Below the pieces are notes generated by a model. That model saw nothing but the letters and a program-made list of their open reading frames with translations, searched no databases and was not told where the DNA came from. Positions 28,153 through 35,713 of a stretch of DNA of 64,000 bases are shown one piece after another. Both the position numbers and the translations under genes were made by a program. The DNA comes from Polyangiaceae bacterium. Its GTDB lineage: Bacteria > Myxococcota_A > Polyangia > Polyangiales > Polyangiaceae. Each line of letters opens with the position of its first letter. The stretch's first letter is position 1. The stretch lies in contig CBDCTZ010000013.1 of NCBI GenBank assembly GCA_965222375.1, positions 288,001 through 352,000 on the forward strand, given 5' to 3'.

Positions 28153-29340
28153 CTAGGGCGACGGGGATGCTGCGATCACGACGACGGCGACGGGGTTCCA
28201 CCACTTGACCACGCCGAGGTTCAAAGAAGGTCCAAGGGCGACGACCGCATAGGAGCGACCATTCTTCACCTCGTTTAGGCCGGCGGCAGCGAGCGCCGTC
28301 GACCAACCGAAGCGATGAGTCACGACACCGCCCGGGGAAAGCGTGATCTCCGGATCCCCCAAGGGGAAGCCGAGTAAAGACTCATTCGTCTGCACATAAG
28401 GCACCTTGGGCTCCACGGCGCCGGACGGCACGTTGTAGGCGAAGGTGATGGAGGGCAGGCTGCTAGCGCCGGGGGGTTCACTCCCGATGCTGACGTCTTC
28501 TTCAATCACTCGCGCGTTAACTCCCTGCAGGCTCACTCGCTCGGGAGCTGTGATGCGTGACAGCCGCACGACGATCGGTCGCAGCGTGGGCTTGTCCGGC
28601 TTGTAGTCGACGCCACAGACGCTAGGGATTGCCACGTCATCGAGCCCGGGGCCGCCCATGCAGCCGATGGCTGCAAGCAGCGTGCTGTAGCCTGAATCCA
28701 GAGTCTTCTTGGGCAGGACGGGCAGAGCGAGAACTCTCAGTGGCGGCGGTTCGGGATCTGGGACATCCGCCGCTGCATCGCTGAGCGCGTCCGCGTCCGC
28801 GGCCGCGGCCGCCGCGTCGCCCGCGCCAGCATCCACACTGGCGTCGGTGCCAGCCTCGCTGCCTGCATCCGTCGCCGCGGCGGCTGCGGCGATCAAGGAC
28901 GCACAACTACCGCTCTTCAGCTCGCTTTCCGAGGCCGCGACGACAACGGGCTGCACGTCGTCTTTCGCCAAGTCCAACCCAGCAATGCTCGACGGCGAAA
29001 ATGCCGCGCCATAGGCAAGCCCCCCAGCCGGAAGCGGCATGCCTGTGGCGGCGCCGGGTATACCTGCCGCGACCGGAAGAAAGCAGAAGCCGATGCGCTT
29101 GGCGTCCGCCACGCCGTGCAAAAGCGTGACGATGCTCTCACCCACGGGTTCCACCGGGGCGTCCACGAGGACATCGAGGTATGAACCGTCCAGCCCCGCG
29201 TCCTGGCTGCCACCTCCGGTGCCCTCGCTGCCCCCACTGCCGCCGGGCTTTTTAGCCAGCACGCTGTGGTCCGTGCCGCAAGCCAGCGCGAGCGCTGCCA
29301 GGCCCAAGCCTACGATCCAGCGCGTGCAGCTCATCTGCAA
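28153..29340 (-). CDS. Hypothetical lipoprotein
   Basis: LALAC lipobox; GGSGG and DAG-rich linkers typical of Polyangiales secreted proteins. Confidence 0.75.
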   Translation of the reverse strand: MQMSCTRWIVGLGLAALALACGTDHSVLAKKPGGSGGSEGTGGGSQDAGLDGSYLDVLVDAPVEPVGESIVTLLHGVADAKRIGFCFLPVAAGIPGAATGMPLPAGGLAYGAAFSPSSIAGLDLAKDDVQPVVVAASESELKSGSCASLIAAAAAATDAGSEAGTDASVDAGAGDAAAAAADADALSDAAADVPDPEPPPLRVLALPVLPKKTLDSGYSTLLAAIGCMGGPGLDDVAIPSVCGVDYKPDKPTLRPIVVRLSRITAPERVSLQGVNARVIEEDVSIGSEPPGASSLPSITFAYNVPSGAVEPKVPYVQTNESLLGFPLGDPEITLSPGGVVTHRFGWSTALAAAGLNEVKNGRSYAVVALGPSLNLGVVKWWNPVAVVVIAASPSP

Positions 29341-29744
29341 GGTATGCCACGAGCCAGGGCCAGAGCGTAGGCCACTGTCTCTATCTGGATCTTTTCATTT
29401 AGTAATTTCAGCGCCTTATGAGCAAACCTTCGCCCGCCAGTTGACCGAAGTCGCCACCGGACCCAACACGGATGTAAGACACCACTTTGAAAGAGATGAC
29501 AGAGCACCACGGCAAGGGTGTGTTGCGGGCGGTGGGTCAGCACGAAGTCGGGCTACGGCCATCAAATCGTCGATTGGATCCCCCCCGACGGCATGGACAG
29601 CGTTTCCTCTCTGCACTGGGGGGTGCACCGCGGAATCGTGCGCACGCTGCAACAGGTCGATTCCGCCCTGTCCTGACGCCCGGTCCATCGCACTCTCGAA
29701 AGCTAGGGACCGCTCTCGCGCCAGCCTGTTAGGCTGCCGCTCAT

Positions 29745-30536
29745 ATGTTCGCGATCCGGGCAGGCGTTCGCCTCTACTTCGAGGTCCTTGGACCCAGCGC
29801 CGCTCCGCCGCTGTTGATGGTGCGTGGACTGGCCCGAACGGCGCGCCATTGGGGCAGCATCGTCGGACAACTCTCGGATCGCTTTCGCGTGGTCGTCTTC
29901 GACAACCGCGGCATCGGACGCAGCAGCATTCCCCTGCCGCCTTACAGCACCAACGCGATGGCGGATGATGCGGCAGCGGTCCTCGACGCCGCCGGCCTGG
30001 AGTCGGCCCATGTCTTCGGCGTATCCCTGGGCGGCATGATCGCGCAGAAGGTCGCCCTACGTCACCCAAAGCGCTTGCGCTCTTTGGTCCTGGGCTGCAC
30101 TCGCGCAGGGCGTGCAGCGCCCCGGTTGCCGATACCGGCCGTAGCCAGTCTCGTCAGCTCGATGCGACTGTCTCCGGAACGCGCGGTCGTGGAGACCGCG
30201 CCGTTGATCTTGTCTCGGAGCTTCATCGCGAAGAACCCACAAGTGCCACAACGTTGGGCCGAGCTGGCACGCTCGGAGCCGCCAACCCGTCGCGGAGTCT
30301 TCGGGCAGCTACTAGCCGCGGCGCGCCACGACGCCACACGCCGGCTCAAAGAGATCCGCGTGCCAGTGCTCGCAATCACCGGTGACGTCGACCGGCTGAT
30401 CCCGCCGGTTTGTTCCGAGGACCTCGTGCGGCGACTTCCCGACGCCCGCTTGGAGACCCTTCCCGGCGTCGGCCACGACTTTCCCACCGAAATGCCCCAA
30501 CGCACCGCCGAGCTCCTGGCCGATTTCTGCCGCTAG
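29745..30536 (+). CDS. Alpha/beta-fold hydrolase
   Basis: FDNRGIGRS, nucleophile GVSLGG, GDVDRLIP, GVGHD. Confidence 0.9.
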   Translation: MFAIRAGVRLYFEVLGPSAAPPLLMVRGLARTARHWGSIVGQLSDRFRVVVFDNRGIGRSSIPLPPYSTNAMADDAAAVLDAAGLESAHVFGVSLGGMIAQKVALRHPKRLRSLVLGCTRAGRAAPRLPIPAVASLVSSMRLSPERAVVETAPLILSRSFIAKNPQVPQRWAELARSEPPTRRGVFGQLLAAARHDATRRLKEIRVPVLAITGDVDRLIPPVCSEDLVRRLPDARLETLPGVGHDFPTEMPQRTAELLADFCR

Positions 30537-30568
30537 CGCGTTGGGTTCCGACAGCAACTCGCCCGACG

Positions 30569-30593
30569 ACTTATATGCATGTTGCATATAAGT
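30569..30593. other. AT-rich perfect palindrome (possible terminator or protein-binding site)
   Basis: ACTTATATGCA-TGT-TGCATATAAGT, 11-bp arms, between convergent genes. Confidence 0.55.
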
Positions 30594-30629
30594 GGGTTTG
30601 GGGTCGACGCGCTTCGTGACACCCGAAGG

Positions 30630-30780
30630 GGTGCGCCCTGGCGCGGGCGGGGGCTCTGCAGAGCGCGACGGTTTCCCCATCGCGATTCCACGGTGCGCCC
30701 TGGCGCGGGCGGGGGCTCTGGAGACGGTGCGTTTCGTCGGCGTTGAGCAGGCGGTGCGCCCCGGCGCGGGCGGGGGCTCT
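30630..30780. repeat. Mini-array of three 28-bp direct repeats with 34- and 33-bp unique spacers (CRISPR-like or GTAG-REP-like)
   Basis: GGTGCGCCC(T/C)GGCGCGGGCGGGGGCTCT at 30630-30657, 30692-30719 and 30753-30780; periods 62 and 61. No cas genes in the window. Confidence 0.85.
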
Positions 30781-30890
30781 ACTCCCGCGCAGTCGCACGG
30801 GGGCGCGTCCGCGCGCGGAAGCGCGAGATTAGGGAGCCAGCGCCGCCCCAGCGCTCGACCCCAAAAAATATACATGAAGCAGCGGCGCCG

Positions 30891-32441
30891 CTATTTGGCG
30901 CCGACGAAGCGCGCAATGAGCGGGCCGTTGCCCTGGACGGCCGTGCGCTGCTGATACAGCGCCATGCCTCGCACGCCACCCAGCTCTTCGCCGCCACCAG
31001 CGCGTCCGGGGCCGCCGTGGTTGAGGATCGGCAAGACCAGGCCTGGCGGGATGGACTTGTCGGCGACCTTCTTGTCGACCACCACGAGGCGACCATGCCA
31101 AGGCGCTAGCTCGGTAACGAGCTCACCCAGGGCTTTGCGATCATCACCGTATATTGACGTCACCAGCCCGCCTTGTCCCTTGCGCACGATCTCCGTGGCG
31201 TGGGCGACGCTGCCGTCGTGAGGCAGGAGGGTGGCCACGGGGCCGAAGACTTCGTGCTCGTGCACGGCGCTGGCGTTTAGGGAGTCCTTGGCCTCCAGCA
31301 AAAGCGGCGCAACGAAGAAGCCCTTGCCAGCCGGCACGCCCTTGGGCTCGAGCTTGTCGCGATCACCCCAGGCAACGCTGGTGCAGCCGAGTAACTTGTC
31401 GATACCGGCGTTGGCGTCGTTCTGCTGCGCCTGGGTTGCAACGGGCCCGACCCGCACGTCCGGCAGCGAGGGATCACCCACTACGCTGCGAGCCAGCTCC
31501 GCGCCGAGCATCTCCCGTACGCGCTCCATCTCACTCTCGGGCACCAAGATGCGCCGAATGGCCGTGCACTTCTGTCCCGTCTTCTGGGTCATGTCCCGAT
31601 GCACGTCCCGAATGAAACAGGCCAGGGTTGCATCGTCCGCATCCGGCAGAAGTACCGCGGCGTTCAAGCTGTCCGCCTCGATGTTGACGCGAACGCCCTC
31701 GCGCAGCACGGCTTCGCCGCTGCGGATCGTGAGCCCAGTGGAGCTGCCGCCGGTGAAGGCAACGACGTCTTGCCACCCCAAGTGGTCGGTGAGATCCCGG
31801 GCAGAGCCGCAGACCAAGGAGAAGACTCCGTCGGGCAAGATCCCAGCTTCGACGACGATCTCGGCAGTGCGATGGGCGAGCCAGGCCGTTGCCGTCGCGG
31901 GCTTGGTCAGGATTGGCATTCCGGCCAACAACGCACAGGCGGCCTTTTCGGCCCAGCCCCAGGCGGGGAAGTTGAAGGCGCCGATGTGCACTGCGACGCC
32001 GTGGCGCGGAAGACGCACGTGGTAGCCGAGCATACGCGGGCCGGCGAGCTCCTCAGGATCGCCGTCGACGATGCTGTGGGTGTCGCTCAACTTCTTGCCG
32101 AGCTCCGCGTAGGCCATGAGCGTCGCGGTGGCACCGTCGATGTCGAACTTCGCATCACTGCGCGTATTGCCACCGTTGGCGATGGCGATCTCGATGAGCT
32201 TTTCGCGTTCCTCGTAGATCGCCTTGCTCATTCTCTCGAGCAAGCTGCCGCGCTCGGCAAAGTTCAGTTTGCGCAGGGCCGGTCCGCCAGTGTCGCGGGC
32301 AAACGAGAGCGCCTTTTTGATGTCGAGGCCCCCAGACGACGCCGTGGCCACCGGCTCTTCGGTCGCTGGATTGACCAGCTCTTTCTTGCCGCCCGTGCCC
32401 TCGATCCAGCGGCCTTCCACGAAGTTTTTCAGGGTTTGCAC
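30891..32441 (-). CDS. Aldehyde dehydrogenase, PaaZ N-terminal / 3,4-dehydroadipyl-CoA semialdehyde dehydrogenase (BoxD) type
   Basis: [39 protein letters not shown] (catalytic Cys), [21 protein letters not shown]. Confidence 0.88.
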   Translation of the reverse strand: MQTLKNFVEGRWIEGTGGKKELVNPATEEPVATASSGGLDIKKALSFARDTGGPALRKLNFAERGSLLERMSKAIYEEREKLIEIAIANGGNTRSDAKFDIDGATATLMAYAELGKKLSDTHSIVDGDPEELAGPRMLGYHVRLPRHGVAVHIGAFNFPAWGWAEKAACALLAGMPILTKPATATAWLAHRTAEIVVEAGILPDGVFSLVCGSARDLTDHLGWQDVVAFTGGSSTGLTIRSGEAVLREGVRVNIEADSLNAAVLLPDADDATLACFIRDVHRDMTQKTGQKCTAIRRILVPESEMERVREMLGAELARSVVGDPSLPDVRVGPVATQAQQNDANAGIDKLLGCTSVAWGDRDKLEPKGVPAGKGFFVAPLLLEAKDSLNASAVHEHEVFGPVATLLPHDGSVAHATEIVRKGQGGLVTSIYGDDRKALGELVTELAPWHGRLVVVDKKVADKSIPPGLVLPILNHGGPGRAGGGEELGGVRGMALYQQRTAVQGNGPLIARFVGAK

Positions 32442-32516
32442 GATGCCTCCTAGAGCTGGCAGGCATACGCGACACCGCTTCCGGCGGCAATGGCGGCTCG
32501 CTCCGGGGCGGGGTCG

Positions 32517-32909
32517 CTAGCGGCGGGCAGCGACCTTTTTGCAGCACTCCTTGCGCTGAGTCTTGCGGCAGTCCTGGTCCAGCCTGATGCGCCAGGTGAT
32601 CTCCTGGCAGCGGCCGCAGCTCTTCATTTCCAGACCGCATTCGATCTTGCCGTCCACCTCGGCGCAGGTTTCAGTCTGCTCGTCTTCTGCCTCACGGGTA
32701 CAGCACGCAGGGTCCAAGCACGAGAGGCAGCGGCACATCTGGGTGTTGGTAATGCTCTGTCCGGGTTTGGGCTGATGCTTGGCGCTCGAGGTCGCGTTGC
32801 CTTCTGGGAAATGCACGCACGCAACAATCGCCAGCGCCGCCAGCGCCAGGGGCGTGCCTCGGAGCCGCTGAAACCAAGAGCGTCGGGCAGTCACGAAACT
32901 TGGACGCAT
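32517..32909 (-). CDS. Small Cys-rich lipoprotein
   Basis: LAIVAC lipobox followed by 12 further Cys in about 100 aa. Confidence 0.65.
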   Translation of the reverse strand: MRPSFVTARRSWFQRLRGTPLALAALAIVACVHFPEGNATSSAKHQPKPGQSITNTQMCRCLSCLDPACCTREAEDEQTETCAEVDGKIECGLEMKSCGRCQEITWRIRLDQDCRKTQRKECCKKVAARR

Positions 32910-32940
32910 GAGTGGCGGGACTCCTTTGGCCTCTCTGCGC

Positions 32941-33867
32941 TCAAAAAGACAGGCGAGCCACGCAGCAGGGGCGCGGGGCTGCAGAAAACTCCGTCAGGCC
33001 CTGCGGCGGCGCTTCCGGGAAGAAGGCCACGATGGCGCCGAGCCGGCCGTCCTGCTCGAAGGCTTGCACCCCCAGCCAAACACGCTGCCCAGCGAAACAA
33101 GGTTTTCGGTAGCCGATCTCAGCCCGCCGTGCGAGTAGCTTCGTCTCGCGATCCAGACGGTAGAAGTGTCGCAGCGCCGCTTCCTCGGCAACGCGTGGGT
33201 AGGCGAGAAAGTTTACGTGTTGATTGCCATCCGTGTGACACAGGCCGAACACCACGGGAGTGTCGTCCAGGCGCGGCGTCGCGTCGATGGGGCTCACGCC
33301 GGATGGGAGCTCGAGCAGATGCGCCGGATCGATCCACTCCGTCCGGTGCTCCGGAACCTTGGGTAGCGCTTCGTCGTCGAGGGAAAACACCCGGTGCTTG
33401 CCCGCCGGGGCGGCGGGCTTGGTGAGCACATGCTGGCCGTAGGCCCTTGCGGCGACGACTCGGGGGCCGTCCGAGGGCGAGCCCGGCGAGTTGGGCACGC
33501 CGCGAGGACCTGAAATCTCCAACCAAGTGTCGAAGGTCAGTCGACTGACTTCACCGGATGCGTCCACGGTGTGCCCCAGCAGGTAGCGCACTTCCGTCTC
33601 CGCAACGTTGCGCACGCTCAGGGGCTCATCCGTCCCGTCGAGCACGACGTAGGTCAACACGGCGCGCACCCCTTGCTTGCCCAAGCGCGCCAGAGACGCC
33701 GCGATGTCCATGCGGCCCCACAAGATCGGACCAATCGGCGGCCACACGCCCTCGAGCCGCAAGCGACCATCCTGCGCGAGATCTTCGAAGCGCAGGCGGG
33801 TTGGCCCGAGCGCTCGGTTGTTGTCCGGCACCTCGGGAGGTTGCGGAGGGCCACTCGATCCGTTCAC
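32941..33867 (-). CDS. Double hot-dog fold acyl-ACP thioesterase-like protein
   Basis: LRFEDLAQDGRL and HTDGNQHVNFLAY...IGYRKPCFAG. Probable GTG start at 33867 overlapping the thiD stop. Confidence 0.7.
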   Translation of the reverse strand: MNGSSGPPQPPEVPDNNRALGPTRLRFEDLAQDGRLRLEGVWPPIGPILWGRMDIAASLARLGKQGVRAVLTYVVLDGTDEPLSVRNVAETEVRYLLGHTVDASGEVSRLTFDTWLEISGPRGVPNSPGSPSDGPRVVAARAYGQHVLTKPAAPAGKHRVFSLDDEALPKVPEHRTEWIDPAHLLELPSGVSPIDATPRLDDTPVVFGLCHTDGNQHVNFLAYPRVAEEAALRHFYRLDRETKLLARRAEIGYRKPCFAGQRVWLGVQAFEQDGRLGAIVAFFPEAPPQGLTEFSAAPRPCCVARLSF

Positions 33868-34676
33868 GCTTCCCTCCAGGGCACTTCCAAGACGTGGCCA
33901 TGGTGCAGAGGTCCGTGCCCGCGGCCCAGACCAGGCGCGAGAGCAATCGCGCGCTGAACATAGTCGTGAGCCCGAGTCACCGCGTCGGTCAGCCGCAAAC
34001 CGTCGGCGATCCCGGCTGCAACCGCCGACGCCAGAGTGCATCCGGTGCCGTGGGTATTGCGGCTCTCGATGCGCGGAGCCTCGAATAGAGCCTGCTCGCC
34101 GTCAGCGGTGCGCAGCATGTCGACGACCTGCTCACCTTCGAGGTGGCCACCCTTCATCAACACCGCACTGGCGCCCATCGCGAGCAGCAGATCTGCAGCG
34201 TGGCCCATGTCCTGGGTGCTCTTGATGGTCAGCCCAGTGAGCGCTTCGGCTTCTGGAACGTTGGGGGTGAGCACGGCGGCGAGAGGTACCAGGCGCAACT
34301 TGACCGCACTGATCGCGTCAGCGGCGAGAAGTGCGGCGCCGCCCTTGGCCACCATCACAGGGTCGACGACCACGGGAATGCTGCGGCCGCGCTTTTCGAT
34401 GCAGCGTACGACAGCGTCGATGACCTCAGCAGAACCAAGCATGCCGGTCTTGATGGCGTCGGCGCCGATGTCGGCGAGTACGGCGTCCATTTGCGCGGCG
34501 ACGAAGCCCGGCGCCACGGGCATGACGTCCTGCACGCCGCGAGTATTCTGCACCGTCAGCGCGGTCAGGGCGGTCGCAGCGTAGGCACCGAGCACGGTGA
34601 TGGTCTTGATATCCGCCTGAATGCCTGCTCCGCCTCCGGAGTCAGAGCCAGCGACGACTAGGACGCGTCCCAACAT
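33864..34676 (-). CDS. thiD: Hydroxymethylpyrimidine/phosphomethylpyrimidine kinase
   Basis: AGSDSGGGAGIQADIKT, VQNTRGV, KTGML, DPVMVAKGG, TPNVPEA, KGGH, THGTGCTL. Confidence 0.96.
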   Translation of the reverse strand: MLGRVLVVAGSDSGGGAGIQADIKTITVLGAYAATALTALTVQNTRGVQDVMPVAPGFVAAQMDAVLADIGADAIKTGMLGSAEVIDAVVRCIEKRGRSIPVVVDPVMVAKGGAALLAADAISAVKLRLVPLAAVLTPNVPEAEALTGLTIKSTQDMGHAADLLLAMGASAVLMKGGHLEGEQVVDMLRTADGEQALFEAPRIESRNTHGTGCTLASAVAAGIADGLRLTDAVTRAHDYVQRAIALAPGLGRGHGPLHHGHVLEVPWREA

Positions 34677-34809
34677 GGGCAGCGGTATAGTACCGCCTCC
34701 CGCGTAGGCGAAGGCCCATGGGACATGAGAACGGCCCGCGGCGACGTCTTATGGCCTGTCGATCGCGCAATTTACTCGTGTCACGGCGTTTGCGAGTAGC
34801 TTCGGAAGG

Positions 34810-35154
34810 ATGCTGCGAATCTCCGAGTCTGGCCCGCCCTGCACCGTGATCGTCACCGTCGACGCCCAACGAGACGTCTTGCCGGAGCTGGAAGCGCACG
34901 CGCGCCTTGGCCTGGAACGCTTCCCGGAGTTCCCCGGGTTCCTCGGGGGCGCGCTCCACCGCAGCGCGGATGGCACGCGCTTGGTGCAGTATCTACAGTG
35001 GGCCTCGCAAGCCGAATACGAGGCGTGCCTCACGCATCCGCGTTGGGAGGAAATGGAAACGACACAGCGCTTCATGACCCACGTCAACGCGGGCCGGGCA
35101 CGGATGAGCGCTCAGATCTTCGCGGTGATCGCGACGAGCGAGACACGCACCTGA
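34810..35154 (+). CDS. Antibiotic biosynthesis monooxygenase (ABM) family protein
   Basis: FPGFLGGALHRSADGTRLVQYLQW pattern; GGAAGG just upstream. Confidence 0.75.
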   Translation: MLRISESGPPCTVIVTVDAQRDVLPELEAHARLGLERFPEFPGFLGGALHRSADGTRLVQYLQWASQAEYEACLTHPRWEEMETTQRFMTHVNAGRARMSAQIFAVIATSETRT

Positions 35155-35175
35155 CATGCGGCCCGGTGTGGCGCG

Positions 35176-35467
35176 TGACGGAGGCTGATAGGAGGAAGGC
35201 GTCTTGTGCCGCGGTGGACCACAAAGGTCCCCGGGGCGGGTGGGCAACTTGGTCGGCACACTGCAGACGTCAGTTGCTCAAATTCTGTACGGAGCCCCCC
35301 CAATCGGGCGGGAACACAGTGGTCGGACAACCGCGATGCTGAGTTGCGAAGTTTTGCGCCGGCGACAGGCGTGGCTCTGACTGGATGAGGGCTCCGCTGC
35401 GGGCGGGCCTTTGGGGGCCCGCCACGTCCGCATCTCCGCCGGAGCGCCGGCGCCGAAGTTGTCAGAG
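35176..35467 (+). repeat. Left copy of a ~290-nt inverted repeat (structured non-coding element)
   Basis: Aligns along its length to the reverse complement of 37296-37582. Includes an identical 27-mer GTCGGACAACCGCGATGCTGAGTTGCG (35322-35348 vs 37413-37439). Confidence 0.88.
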
Positions 35468-35713
35468 AAGGATCGCGAAGTGCGTGACCGAGTGACGAAG
35501 AGTTTCTGCGCTGATTAGTCACTTTGTGCTTGACGGATTTCTGGGCGACGTCGTTTCGAGTTTCGAGACGAGCGATTCACGTGCGCCGTGCGCGCGCGAG
35601 ATTGAAGCCCAAGGACGTTTCGAGTTCGAAACGACTTTGCCGCTGGCCCCATCGCTGGAACGCCGGCTGCGGGCCAGCAGTGAAGGTAAATATCCCCGTG
35701 TTACGAAAGAAAC

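Noticed and set aside
30630..30780. Firm call as a CRISPR array
   Set aside because: Only three repeats, no cas genes in 64 kb, and the GTAG-REP reading is equally plausible. Kept as a repeat with both hypotheses.
34677..34809. TPP riboswitch upstream of thiD
   Set aside because: The conserved GCTGAGA / ACCTG core is absent. Only a short palindrome GCGGTA-TAG-TACCGC lies near the start.
35112..35522. Small ORFs over the long inverted repeats (also 37259..37810 and 37375..37839)
   Set aside because: Their peptide similarity comes from the DNA repeat. Indels shift frames between the copies, and there are no coherent starts.
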